A stretch of 64,000 nt of DNA from a virus (IMGVR_UViG_3300049141_000098:195647-259646); one strand, 5' to 3'; counted from the first letter of the stretch, positions 35,850-45,402 are shown. Made by a program: numbers and translations. The notes: generated from the letters alone by a model not told the origin.

Positions 35850-36152
35850 ATGATCGGGCGGAACTACCCGACCGTTCAGGTAACCGCCTGGCTTCAGCAT
35901 GATCCACAGGTGCTCGCGGTAGCCAGGCGCATCATCCAGCTTGAGTCCACTCCCAAAGAGGGCGTGAGCACTCTCCCAGAGTGGATGCGTTGCCGGATGG
36001 GCTGGTGCGAACTCAACCATGCCTCGTCCGACATTCCGGGTCGAGCCATCCCCAGTCTTTACGAGCTGCGGAAACTACTTTCTCCGGAGCTGTTCGATGA
36101 AGTTGACTGGGACGCTGTTCGGCGCGCTGTAACGGAAGGAGAAGAAGGGTGA
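35850..36152 (+). CDS. hypothetical protein
   Basis: Track ORF. Confidence 0.6.
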   Translation: MIGRNYPTVQVTAWLQHDPQVLAVARRIIQLESTPKEGVSTLPEWMRCRMGWCELNHASSDIPGRAIPSLYELRKLLSPELFDEVDWDAVRRAVTEGEEG

Positions 36153-36319
36153 CTAAGGAAGAGTACGAGCAGAAGCGGCGGGAGCTGGACGAGCAGGCGG
36201 AGGTGGCCAAGAAGGCGTACCTCGACGCCAAGAGGGTCTACGACAAGATCTGCGATCAGATGCTCAACCTCCGCATCGAGTTCCGCGAGCAACAGAAGGC
36301 GGAGGAGGGGGGACGATGA
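36149..36319 (+). CDS. small coiled-coil protein (MTKEEYEQKRREL...)
   Basis: Hand-translated; coupled at both ends. Confidence 0.65.
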   Translation: MTKEEYEQKRRELDEQAEVAKKAYLDAKRVYDKICDQMLNLRIEFREQQKAEEGGR

Positions 36320-36840
36320 AACCCCTCCTGATGATCGACGTGGACGGACCGCTGAACCCCTGGGCCGCCAAACCCCATCGACGTCCCGAGGGTTACCGGA
36401 CGCACCGCATGCGCCCCGCTGGCTGGGAGCAGCCCTGGCAGAAGCCGCTCAGAGTCTGGCTCAACCCACAGCACGGACCTGCCCTGCTCGCCCTTCCATT
36501 CGACCTCGTCTGGTGCACCACTTGGGGTCACGAGGCGAACGAGTGGATCGGCCCCCACATAGGGCTGCCAAGCCTTCCGGTGATCGAGTGGCCGGAAGGC
36601 GTGAGGGAACAGTCGAGCCCGTACTGGAAGTCTGAGCCCAAGGTCTTCTGGAAGACCGAAACGCTCGTCAAGTACGCGGCCGGTCGTCCCTTCGCGTGGA
36701 TCGACGATGACCTCACGGACCTGGACCGGGAGTTCGTCACCCGACATCACAACGGGCGAGCCCTCCTGCATCACGTCGACCCCCGGAAGGGGCTCTTGGA
36801 AGGTGACTTCCGGGCCCTTTCCAACTGGGCTTCGTCGTAG
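36316..36840 (+). CDS. HAD-superfamily phosphatase-like protein
   Basis: LLMIDVDGPLNP, VWCTTW, FAWIDDD. Confidence 0.85.
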   Translation: MKPLLMIDVDGPLNPWAAKPHRRPEGYRTHRMRPAGWEQPWQKPLRVWLNPQHGPALLALPFDLVWCTTWGHEANEWIGPHIGLPSLPVIEWPEGVREQSSPYWKSEPKVFWKTETLVKYAAGRPFAWIDDDLTDLDREFVTRHHNGRALLHHVDPRKGLLEGDFRALSNWASS

Positions 36841-36876
36841 GGCCGGAGGGAAGTGCGGACTGAGGAGACAAGGGTA

Positions 36877-37155
36877 ATGAGCAACGAGGATCGGACCGAC
36901 TACAAGCCTGGCGACCCGCCCGTTCCCGTCGGGGCAGTCGTGGAGTACCGGGACGGCGAGTACGAGGTGGTCGAGCACCAGGAGCCGCGAGAGGGCACGC
37001 CCGATCTGGAAGTGCACTATCCCGATGGGGTCGGCTATCTGGTGCACGTCGTCGGCCAGCCCAAGAAGTTCGGGAGCGAAGGATGGGTATCTGGCGTGCG
37101 CCGCCGTTCCTTCCGCGTCAAGACCGAGGCTGCGCCCCCGAAGCAGGAGGACTGA
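36877..37155 (+). CDS. hypothetical protein
   Basis: RBS before ATG. Confidence 0.65.
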   Translation: MSNEDRTDYKPGDPPVPVGAVVEYRDGEYEVVEHQEPREGTPDLEVHYPDGVGYLVHVVGQPKKFGSEGWVSGVRRRSFRVKTEAAPPKQED

Positions 37156-37157
37156 CC

Positions 37158-37376
37158 ATGGCGGTGTACAAGGTTCCGCTGACAACCTGGGCCAACGCAA
37201 CGGTCGAGGTGGAGACCAACGAAACCGATCCGGAGAAGATCGTCGAGCTGGCACTGGACAACATGCAAGCCTCGCTGTGCCACCAGTGTTCAGGGCGTGA
37301 CAGCCTGGAGATCGGCGATGTCTGGGATGCGGTCCTGGACGGCGACAAACCCGAGATCTACAAGGTCAGCGACTGA
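37158..37376 (+). CDS. hypothetical protein
   Basis: GGAGGA RBS. Confidence 0.7.
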   Translation: MAVYKVPLTTWANATVEVETNETDPEKIVELALDNMQASLCHQCSGRDSLEIGDVWDAVLDGDKPEIYKVSD

Positions 37377-37652
37377 CCTTCTGTGAGGCAACCCCTACTT
37401 GTAGGGGCACTCGCTTCGCAACCCCGAGACGCGTGCTTCACTGTTCATCGGGAGGTTCTCCGGGTCCACCCCGGTATGGAATTGAGCATCCCTCGACCCC
37501 TGGCTTCGGACTGATGACCCGTGCAAGGCCAGGGGTCATCCACATCCAGAACCCCAGATCCACAAATCCTCATCCACAACATCTCGTCGTTGTAGATGAG
37601 GGTTGTAGGTCTGACTGCATGCGTCTTACAGTGATCGTGCGCGGCCAACGCA

Positions 37653-37910
37653 TCAGGCTTCATTGCCTGCCTGAGGCCCCGACGGCGAGGCGGTCCCCTC
37701 GGTGTCGGGGCCTTCTGCGTTCACGGCTCGGAGGCGCTTAGGGGATCGATGCTTGCCGTCCTCGCTAACCAGAACTACGGGTAGGCAGCCGGGGCATGAA
37801 AACAGGTCATGCGTCCCGATCCAGCGCCAGCCCTTATCCCATAACCTCCGGTGGTCACGGTCCTTCGGCAGGGTTGCCACCTCTGCACAGTTGGTGCAGA
37901 TCAGGATCAT
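37653..37910 (-). CDS. small zinc-ribbon protein
   Basis: CTNC...FSCPGC. Confidence 0.55.
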   Translation of the reverse strand: MILICTNCAEVATLPKDRDHRRLWDKGWRWIGTHDLFSCPGCLPVVLVSEDGKHRSPKRLRAVNAEGPDTEGTASPSGPQAGNEA

Positions 37911-37979
37911 CGGCCGTGCGCGTGCAGACATAGAACGAGCCTACCGGCGTCAGCAGGTGTGCCCTCCTGGACTCGATTT

Positions 37980-38288
37980 CTATACGCACTCGTTCACCGC
38001 GTAGGGCAGCATCTCGGCGGCATCCGGCTGACCCATGCCCGTGTCCATGAGGGCATGCAGCATGCCCCGGTAGTCGGGTCCCTCGGTCTGGAGGGCCTGC
38101 TCGCAGACCGCGTTCTGCTCGGGCTCCGAAAGGCCCTTCCAGCGCTCAGAGACTGCCCTGAGGTCTGCCGAAGCCGTAACCGTGGCGGAACCGGGCGATG
38201 GGTCCGGTCCAGTTTCCGACGAGCAACCGGCCATGCCGAGGAACATGGCGGCGGTGATCCCTGTGAAAACAGCTCCGGTTCTCGGCAT
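37980..38288 (-). CDS. lipoprotein
   Basis: Signal peptide with lipobox-like MAG/C-SS; GGAGG RBS. Confidence 0.75.
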   Translation of the reverse strand: MPRTGAVFTGITAAMFLGMAGCSSETGPDPSPGSATVTASADLRAVSERWKGLSEPEQNAVCEQALQTEGPDYRGMLHALMDTGMGQPDAAEMLPYAVNECV

Positions 38289-38443
38289 GACGCCTCCAGA
38301 AAACCACGGGAAATATCCAATAAGTGTAATACGTTCACCGATGCAATGTTCTGGGTCCGGTGTATCGGGTGTGGATGACCTGTCGACGATTCGTCACCAA
38401 TTCCCCTTGGGAACGAAACTCGATGTAGTTGATCCTGGTGAGC

Positions 38444-38641
38444 ATGGACAACGTGATAGACATCAGCAGCCGCAGCCCCTCCGCTTCGAGCGGGTACGAC
38501 GGAGCTGTATGCCCGTGCGGCGAGGCGTGGTTCACCGTCGGCCCCGTATGCATGACCCAGAACGGAGAGGTGACGGGCCATGCCGGACGCCCCCACTGCG
38601 TCTCGTGCGGGCGGGCCTATTCTCCGCGCTACAACGGATGA
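38444..38641 (+). CDS. small Cys-rich protein
   Basis: CPCG...CVSCG. Confidence 0.55.
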   Translation: MDNVIDISSRSPSASSGYDGAVCPCGEAWFTVGPVCMTQNGEVTGHAGRPHCVSCGRAYSPRYNG

Positions 38642-38670
38642 GGTACTGAACCTGGAGGTGCTCTCAAGTC

Positions 38671-38856
38671 ATGACGCGCATGCTCGGTGCGTGGTCCAAG
38701 TCCTGGTGCCAAACGTGCAGGGCCCCTGCGGGGGCGGACTGTGCCGACGTCTCTGTCACGAAGAAGGCGCGACGGGTGGCGGAGAAGAAGGCCTGGAGGA
38801 AGGAGGCTCGTGAGCAGATGCCTGGCAACGATAGGTGCGTACCGCACTCTTCGTAG
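38671..38856 (+). CDS. small basic protein
   Basis: GGAGGTG RBS. Confidence 0.6.
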   Translation: MTRMLGAWSKSWCQTCRAPAGADCADVSVTKKARRVAEKKAWRKEAREQMPGNDRCVPHSS

Positions 38857-38913
38857 TCAAGTTGGCCACTCCTGGCCTTCACTTACCTAACAAGGAACCT
38901 TCAAACTGTGACA

Positions 38914-39150
38914 ATGGCGAAGCATCCGCGCGTCTCATGCCCTTCATGCTCAGACCCTGTGGCTGGGACCCCCACCCGCCGGATCGGCATAGTCAGCGTC
39001 CACGACCACAAGTCGGAACCTCGATCCCTGAGCCTGTGCCCTGGGTCGATGCAGCACGTGCAGGCGCCGGGCGCTAAGTACGTGCAGGAGATGTTCACCG
39101 AGGAGGAACCGGACGGTGACACGCCGGAGGAGCCGATCACGATCTTTTGA
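38914..39150 (+). CDS. small zinc-finger-like protein
   Basis: CPSC...H...CPGS. Confidence 0.65.
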   Translation: MAKHPRVSCPSCSDPVAGTPTRRIGIVSVHDHKSEPRSLSLCPGSMQHVQAPGAKYVQEMFTEEEPDGDTPEEPITIF

Positions 39151-39235
39151 GTAGCTTGCATGTAGCGATGACGTGCTGGTGAATCAGCAGGCTGAAGCCA
39201 CGCTGCCGGACTTCAAGCTGCTTTGCAGTAGTCGG

Positions 39236-40024
39236 CTACACCTTGCGCCAGCTTGGCACCCAGGCTCCGCTCTCGGTTACCTCGTAGTCACCGAAGAGCG
39301 CTGGGACTTCCTTCTTCATCAGCTCACCGACCTTGCCGAAGACGAGCCTGATCTCTTCCTCGGCACCTTCTGCGGTGCGGCACTCGATAACGTGCCGAAG
39401 CGTCCTGACGTTGGCGCTCCAGACCACGGTGGTTGCGACCCCTTCAGGGGCGAAGCGGCGCATGAAGGATGTCTTGTGCTTCTTCTCCTTGAAGGGCACG
39501 CCGTCGTCGTCGAGGCCGAAGTGGTCGGCCATCCAGAGCTGGAGCTTCTCCATCTCCTGGAGCAGGCGAACCGTTCGGGTCATCAGCTCGCCGTCCTCCT
39601 GGGCCCACTTGGGGAACCAGAACGGAAGGCTGTCGAGCCGGACGAAGCGCAGAGACTCCTGGCTGATGGCTGTTCCAACGCGATGACGCACCTGCTCATG
39701 CGTTTCGACTCGACTGACGTTGGAGAAGATGAAATTGAAAGTCAAGTGCTCCAGGACTGAGCCGTGCGCGCTGGAGAGGATGTTTTCCAGGTAGGCCTCC
39801 TGATCGGTGCGCACCCTGGTGACGTTCGGATTCAGACCCGGCTCCCAGGAGCGATAGCAGGTGCGCCCGCAGATCTCGGCGAGGGCCTGGGCGTCATTGC
39901 GCTCGCCCCTGTCCAGGCGCTCCAGCCAGCTCTCTCCACCGACCTCTTTCAGGTAGTCGGCGACTGCCTCGTAGTCGAGTGATGGTCGGCCTATCAGCCG
40001 AACATCGGGCTGTACGAAGTGCAT
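39236..40024 (-). CDS. thyX: FAD-dependent thymidylate synthase
   Basis: THEQVRHRVGTAISQESLRFV (RHR motif), NVRTLRHVIECR. Confidence 0.95.
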   Translation of the reverse strand: MHFVQPDVRLIGRPSLDYEAVADYLKEVGGESWLERLDRGERNDAQALAEICGRTCYRSWEPGLNPNVTRVRTDQEAYLENILSSAHGSVLEHLTFNFIFSNVSRVETHEQVRHRVGTAISQESLRFVRLDSLPFWFPKWAQEDGELMTRTVRLLQEMEKLQLWMADHFGLDDDGVPFKEKKHKTSFMRRFAPEGVATTVVWSANVRTLRHVIECRTAEGAEEEIRLVFGKVGELMKKEVPALFGDYEVTESGAWVPSWRKV

Positions 40025-40055
40025 TCACGTGCTCCAGGTCGAACGAGGGTGGTCT

Positions 40056-40340
40056 TTACTCGGTGAAGGCCGGGAGAGGCGAACGCCCGAGTCCCGAGAA
40101 GGCGAAGCCATCCTCTTCTGTGCAGGTGACCTCGATGTCGCACGCAGGGACTCCAGGTATCCGGAGCCAGACATCTTCGCTGCCGAACGCCCTGAAACGG
40201 GCAACGTCGCCATACGGGCCAGTCTCCAGGTAGCCACCCCAGTCCTGAATGAGCTGATCTTGCGCTGAGTCGATGAAGGCCATCACGTCGTACGCCTCGC
40301 CATCCACAAGCAGAACGGCGGGGCCGGAGTAGAAGTCCAT
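40056..40340 (-). CDS. hypothetical protein
   Basis: Track ORF upstream of thyX. Confidence 0.6.
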   Translation of the reverse strand: MDFYSGPAVLLVDGEAYDVMAFIDSAQDQLIQDWGGYLETGPYGDVARFRAFGSEDVWLRIPGVPACDIEVTCTEEDGFAFSGLGRSPLPAFTE

Positions 40341-40483
40341 GCACGAATGATCCCTCATCTGCTGTGAAAGACGGGACCCTCGTGAACGAAGTTCGCGTCA
40401 CAATCCTTGTGACAATTTTGGGCGGGTCCTGCAATACCCCCGGTTACGAAGGCAACCCTTAGCGGCAAGTCTTCACAAACGAC

Positions 40484-40515
40484 GAAGCGTGGGCGTTTAC
40501 AAACGCCCACGCTTC
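40484..40515. terminator. perfect 15-bp inverted repeat
   Basis: GAAGCGTGGGCGTTT-AC-AAACGCCCACGCTTC. Confidence 0.55.
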
Positions 40516-40627
40516 TAAATGTCTATACCAGCAGTTCTACCCGAACTATCCCAACGCGCGCTCTTGCCGTATGCCCTGGAGTGCCAGACTCTCTAATACT
40601 TGAAAGTTCAGAAAAGTCTTCAGGCAA

Positions 40628-40984
40628 TCACAACTGCGGCGCTGAAGGCAGGTCGATGACCGGGAAAGCGAGCTGACCTCCGCAACCGGTGAACACCACT
40701 CGATGGTCACCGCCGCCCCAGAACGGAGAGATACCGACCTGCTGGGTGTCGTCCTCCTGCATGCGCAGCCACGCCCTGACGGTGTCCAGGCTGGCAGAGA
40801 AGGCCGTCAAGTCCCAGGTGGCTTGCTTGATACCATCCACCTCAGTCCGGGCGAGGGGGCGTTCCGGCTGAGCCGTGTCTGTCAGGGTCAAGTGAATGCC
40901 GTCGTACACCATGCGCACCCCTTGCAGACCTCGCGGTATCGGCTCCAGCAGGTCTCGCAACTCCCGAACGGTCAGCACGGCCAC
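40628..40984 (-). CDS. hypothetical protein
   Basis: GTG next to upstream stop. Confidence 0.6.
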   Translation of the reverse strand: MAVLTVRELRDLLEPIPRGLQGVRMVYDGIHLTLTDTAQPERPLARTEVDGIKQATWDLTAFSASLDTVRAWLRMQEDDTQQVGISPFWGGGDHRVVFTGCGGQLAFPVIDLPSAPQL

Positions 40985-40985
40985 G

Positions 40986-41192
40986 TCAGGCGTTGCCCGT
41001 CTGGGCAGCGTCACAGTCGTGCAGGAGGTCCGTGGTGGCCCCGCATTCACACAGGGTGGGGCCGGGTTCGTCGCCGTCGTAGTTCCCGCCGCAGGAACAG
41101 TGATGGCCCTCGTAGATGTAGCAGTGCACGAAGTGCGGGCCGTCCGGCAGCCGGTTGTCGTTGGCGATGACCTGGTGGGTCAGGAAGTTCAC
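40986..41192 (-). CDS. small Cys/His-rich protein
   Basis: GTGA coupling. Confidence 0.65.
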   Translation of the reverse strand: MNFLTHQVIANDNRLPDGPHFVHCYIYEGHHCSCGGNYDGDEPGPTLCECGATTDLLHDCDAAQTGNA

Positions 41193-41680
41193 TCCTGCCC
41201 TCCTTCGTTCGTGACGTTACTGCCGATGTCCATGCTCCGCAGCACCGCCTCGGTCATGTTGCGGGCGGCATCGGATCGGTTGGTGTCCGGGATGAAGTCG
41301 ACCAGCACCTCACTCACGGCCAAACGAACCTGCTCCTCGGCATCGCGACGCCAACTTTCGACCGTCTCGGCAACGCGTTGCTTCGCCCAATCGAAGTAGC
41401 CTGTCGGGACTTCGCTCTCGATGACCTCGGCGAGTCGCTCCTGAAGTGTTCCCATGGTGCCGGGAGGCGGGTACTTCAGAGGTGGCGGCCCCATGCGTTC
41501 GATGCACTTGGTGCAGGTGACCTCGGCATCCTTGGCGCACCAAACGTGCGGATTCTCGGGGTTCAGCCAGAGCAGGCAGACGGTGCGGTGACCACTGACG
41601 GAATGGCTTCGTGCAGCGTGAACCTCATCGGTCCCCGCATAGCGCACCCTGAGAGGGAACTTGTCTGGGGGGATGGGCAT
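41189..41680 (-). CDS. hypothetical protein
   Basis: Track ORF with RBS. Confidence 0.65.
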   Translation of the reverse strand: MPIPPDKFPLRVRYAGTDEVHAARSHSVSGHRTVCLLWLNPENPHVWCAKDAEVTCTKCIERMGPPPLKYPPPGTMGTLQERLAEVIESEVPTGYFDWAKQRVAETVESWRRDAEEQVRLAVSEVLVDFIPDTNRSDAARNMTEAVLRSMDIGSNVTNEGGQE

Positions 41681-41732
41681 ATCGACCGTCCTCGTTTCGC
41701 TTCTTCTCCATTTCCGTACTATCCAGACTACC

Positions 41733-41742
41733 GGCCTAGGTC
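41733..41742. promoter_or_regulatory. GRCCTAGGYC palindrome (candidate operator)
   Basis: GGCCTAGGTC, intergenic. Confidence 0.65.
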
Positions 41743-41766
41743 ACCTCGTGAGGCCCTGGCCTTCTG

Positions 41767-42516
41767 TCACTTCTCCGGAGTGCGGTTGTACTCAGCCAGC
41801 GCCGCCTTGCTGGTGTCGGCCGTCTGGAACACCAGCTCCCACGGTCCGGTGTTGACGTCGAACTCCTTGCCGAAGCCGACCCACTGCCCCTGCATGCGCC
41901 GCCCGGTAGGTTCGACCAGCATCTGGATCGCGCCGTGATACACAGCCCCCCGGTAGTAGCCGTCCTTCGCCGTCTCCTCCGTCCAGGTACCAGTGACGAT
42001 GTGCCGGTCAGCCTCAAGGGTCATCCAGAGCGGGGACTCAGGATTGAGTGACCCCTTCGGCAGGGACTGCACCGACAGACCAGTGCCGTGCTGGAGAACG
42101 ACCACGTAGTGCATGCCAAGCAGCTCGGCGTTGTCGCGCCCGGAACTGACGTACTTGTACTTCGACAGCCAGATGCCCGACAAAGGCCCGGCCGTAGGGA
42201 CGATGGGCTTAGGGGCCGGGATGGTGACGGGCAGCAGCTCACCCTCAACATCCACGAAGGCGGGAAGCTGGAAGCCGAGTGCGGAGAGGGGGCGGCCTGT
42301 CACCGCCTCCAGGACGCCCCGGTAGTTGGACCGGGGGGCGGCGATTTCGCCCGACTCCCAGCGCTGAACAAGCCTCTTGCTGGCGTCGTTGGCACTCCCC
42401 AGCTTTTCACCCGCCTCACGCAGGGCTTCGGCGAATCCTTCTTGTGTCATGCCTAAAGACTTCCTGACTGCTCGAAGTGTGTGGTTGGGCGTCTTGGCCC
42501 GTACGGGTGTGGTCAT
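41767..42516 (-). CDS. XRE-family regulator with C-terminal beta-rich domain
   Basis: LRAVRKSLGMTQEGFAEAL...VQRWESGE; GIWLSKY...GTWTE...GQWVG. Confidence 0.85.
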   Translation of the reverse strand: MTTPVRAKTPNHTLRAVRKSLGMTQEGFAEALREAGEKLGSANDASKRLVQRWESGEIAAPRSNYRGVLEAVTGRPLSALGFQLPAFVDVEGELLPVTIPAPKPIVPTAGPLSGIWLSKYKYVSSGRDNAELLGMHYVVVLQHGTGLSVQSLPKGSLNPESPLWMTLEADRHIVTGTWTEETAKDGYYRGAVYHGAIQMLVEPTGRRMQGQWVGFGKEFDVNTGPWELVFQTADTSKAALAEYNRTPEK

Positions 42517-42689
42517 GTCCTCACCGTAGCTCAGAGTCGATCGAAATGACGCCCTAATGACGCCCTCTATGACGTCGCGAACTACCCCTGGGGGAGGGCA
42601 TCTTGGAGTCGTGAACAACAGGCCCCACCCGGAGCAACCGCAGGTCGCCAGCCGCGAGGTGAAGCAAGAGTTATATGGTCCATCAGGAT

Positions 42690-42699
42690 GGCCTAGGCC
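42690..42699. promoter_or_regulatory. GRCCTAGGYC palindrome (candidate operator)
   Basis: GGCCTAGGCC in the divergent region upstream of the XRE gene. Confidence 0.65.
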
Positions 42700-42856
42700 G
42701 TCAAGGTGGTTCGGTGACCAGGATGTTCCGGGTGGCAGGGCGGCTCCCTCGATGTGGCCCGAGGGAGTGAGGGAGATTCGGTAGTGGAGACCGAAGCTCC
42801 GATCGCCAGGCCTGACCAAAGGAAAGGTGGGACTCCGTTGGGAGGCCTGCCGGGCT

Positions 42857-42963
42857 CCTCCGGGTGACTTGCCCCCGGATGTAGAGGCCCCTCGGGTGAC
42901 TTGCCCCCGAGGGGCCTCATCCCGTTTTGCGGAAGTTGGCAAAAGTCACCCCATAGGGTGACG
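42857..42963. repeat. twin hairpins with identical loop plus an inverted third copy
   Basis: CGGGTGACTTGCCCCCG at 42861 and 42893; GGCAAAAGTCACCC near 42940. Confidence 0.7.
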
Positions 42964-42965
42964 CC

Positions 42966-43187
42966 ATGAGTGAACCCGACGACCCGCGCTTCGAGTGGAT
43001 CTGCATCACGACCTTCGGGAGCGACGGTGAAGAGTGGGTCCGAGGCCAGTGCAAGCACCTCAACCCGATCCCCGTACATGCGCGCCCAACCGGCGAGCTG
43101 GTGGCCAAGCTCTGCCCAGACTGTGACGCTCAGTTGTCCGTGCCGGATCCGGGTCCGGCCTGGCTGAGTACTCCGTCCCCCGAGTGA
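42966..43187 (+). CDS. small zinc-binding protein
   Basis: CKH...LVAKLCPDCD. Confidence 0.65.
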   Translation: MSEPDDPRFEWICITTFGSDGEEWVRGQCKHLNPIPVHARPTGELVAKLCPDCDAQLSVPDPGPAWLSTPSPE

Positions 43188-43266
43188 AGTTTCGGGAGTT
43201 GGCGCACAACGGCTCCTGTGGAAGCGCATAATGTGGATTAAGAGTCCACTCCAGAGAGGTCCAACT

Positions 43267-43542
43267 GTGAACAACTCGGCCGACCATCCAGGGTCCATCA
43301 CGTTCGGCTGGTGCTTCGATCACGGTCGACTGCACCGCTTCGCCCCAAACCTCGACGAGGGCGGGAAGGTCGAGCAGTGCAGCGCCGCCTGGGCTCCCCT
43401 CGACGGCTCGACCGACGAGGAGGCGCTGGCCCAGAAGGAACTGATCTGGGGTCCGGCGCAGTTCTTCCATGAACTCGACCTCGATCGCCAAGGCGGCCTG
43501 GTCGGCATGATGATGGTCCGTCGAGGTGCGCGCTCCTCGTGA
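43267..43542 (+). CDS. hypothetical protein
   Basis: GAGAGG RBS; GTGA coupling to the recombinase. Confidence 0.6.
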   Translation: MNNSADHPGSITFGWCFDHGRLHRFAPNLDEGGKVEQCSAAWAPLDGSTDEEALAQKELIWGPAQFFHELDLDRQGGLVGMMMVRRGARSS

Positions 43543-44645
43543 CACTCCCCTCAACTCCCCCTCGCGCGGAACTCGTTCGCGGTGGAGCCGAGGAGACCGT
43601 CCTGACGTGGCTACGAGACACACTTGGCACGGTGGCACCCAGGGACCCCCGCACTCGGCGCCTCGGGGAGCGTCGGCACCGACTTGATCTCCTCGCAGAA
43701 CTTCTCGATCGGGAAACGTTTCTACTGGCCACATCCTGGCTGGGGTCAAGTGCGGTTCCTAGCGCAAAAAGCAAGCAGGCCTACGCAGACGATCTGCGCT
43801 ACTGGGCTAATTGCGTAAGGGAACTGACCGAGGAAGAGCCTCTTTCCTGGGCCTCCATCACCCCGGAAATCATCGAGATCTGGACGAAAATCCAAGAGGC
43901 AAACAAGGTCAAGCCCCGGACGATGAATCGCCGAATGTCCTCATGGTCTTCCTTCATCAAATACGTGTCCTGGAAGAAGAAGGATCCACAGATCGGCACG
44001 CCGGTGAGTGAGTATGACCGGGCTTCCGTTCAGTCTCTGGACGAGGACAGCGCCACGCCGATCCTTGAGAAGGAGGAGCTTCAGCAGGTCATCCTCGCTG
44101 CCGACACGGTCGAAGAGGCCTTGACCGTCGTCCTCATCTACACCCTTGCGGGGCGGGTCACCGAGTCGTGTACAGCGCTGCGCGAACAGATGACCCACAG
44201 GCTGGTTGAGGGGAAGCTAAAACACTTCATCAAGCTGATCCGCAAGCGCGGCAAGAAGCCTGACTGGCCAATCCCGGATGAGTTGTGGGAGCTGATTCAG
44301 GCGGTCTCGGAACTGCATCCCAACGCGCCGACGATCTTGGTAGACAGCGATGGAAATCCAATGGACCGGCATACGGTCGACCGGATTCTAACCCGCCTCG
44401 GAAAGAAAGCCAACGTACTTTCGGGACGCGATCTAACCCCACACGTCCTGCGGGCCTCGCGCCTGACTCACATGCACGACGAGGGTGAAAGGCTCCAGGA
44501 CATTCGGGACTACGCGGGGCACTCGCGATCAGACACCACCTTGGGCTACATCATTCGACGAGACACCAGCCGCAGGCGGGCCGAGCTTGCCGACAAGGCG
44601 GCCAGCGTCTACGTCGATCTCACCAAACGATTCCTGAGACAGTGA
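43539..44645 (+). CDS. tyrosine recombinase (Xer/integrase family)
   Basis: Catalytic set R (AGRVTE), K, HVLR, GHS, TTLGY; N-terminal core-binding region. Confidence 0.9.
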   Translation: MTLPSTPPRAELVRGGAEETVLTWLRDTLGTVAPRDPRTRRLGERRHRLDLLAELLDRETFLLATSWLGSSAVPSAKSKQAYADDLRYWANCVRELTEEEPLSWASITPEIIEIWTKIQEANKVKPRTMNRRMSSWSSFIKYVSWKKKDPQIGTPVSEYDRASVQSLDEDSATPILEKEELQQVILAADTVEEALTVVLIYTLAGRVTESCTALREQMTHRLVEGKLKHFIKLIRKRGKKPDWPIPDELWELIQAVSELHPNAPTILVDSDGNPMDRHTVDRILTRLGKKANVLSGRDLTPHVLRASRLTHMHDEGERLQDIRDYAGHSRSDTTLGYIIRRDTSRRRAELADKAASVYVDLTKRFLRQ

Positions 44646-44718
44646 CCCCAGTAGGCTGGCTACATCCTTCGTTGTCGGCAGCGCCTCGACGCTCCTGGCT
44701 TGCCCGCCGGGGGCGTCG

Positions 44719-45402
44719 TCATCTGTCCTTCATGCCCCACGCAAGGACGTTCATGATGGCCGGGTGCTTGCGGGCCTTCGGATCGTTCGTCCAGCCATCC
44801 AGATCGGCGGCCAAGATCTCAGGCCACGGCGCCCCTTGATCGAGTACGTGCTTCAGCAGGCCGTGAAAGCCGTCGCCGATGGGCGCCTCGTGCTTGCAGC
44901 CAACGTAAGTCAGTCCGTGCCGCATCAATTGGGCGGGCAGGTCGAGAGACCCGGGAAGCTCCATCCGCCGAACGAGCGCCTGCATCACGTTCCGGTAGGG
45001 GCCCTCGCGAAGCGCCGCGACCGGATACGCGTCGGGCGACTCGACAAGCAGCACACCCCCGGGTCTGAGCCAGCGGGTCAGGTTCGCAAGGGTGGCTGGC
45101 CCCATGGAGACCCATCGTGCGTGCACCAGCCCGAAACGGGCAGGCGGAAAAACCAGCGGGTCCGCAGGTCCGGCGATCCTGACTTCAACCTCAGGCACCC
45201 GCTCTTCGGGTAACAGGTCGGCGCTGAAGGATCTATGTGCCAGCACCGTTCGGCCATAGGAGGACAAGGTGCGTGCCACCTCTGGGGCCCCAAAGGTGAG
45301 ATAGGGTCCTTCTGGGGCAAAGTACTCAATCAGGTTGTCGAGTGCGGAAAGCGTGCCGTCATCCAGGGCGGCAGACAGAAGTTGAGGCGGAAAGAGCGTC
45401 AT
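44719..45402 (-). CDS. class I SAM-methyltransferase-like protein with degenerate motif I
   Basis: FGLVHARWV...LRPGGVLLVES; no canonical GxGxG. Confidence 0.55.
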   Translation of the reverse strand: MTLFPPQLLSAALDDGTLSALDNLIEYFAPEGPYLTFGAPEVARTLSSYGRTVLAHRSFSADLLPEERVPEVEVRIAGPADPLVFPPARFGLVHARWVSMGPATLANLTRWLRPGGVLLVESPDAYPVAALREGPYRNVMQALVRRMELPGSLDLPAQLMRHGLTYVGCKHEAPIGDGFHGLLKHVLDQGAPWPEILAADLDGWTNDPKARKHPAIMNVLAWGMKDR

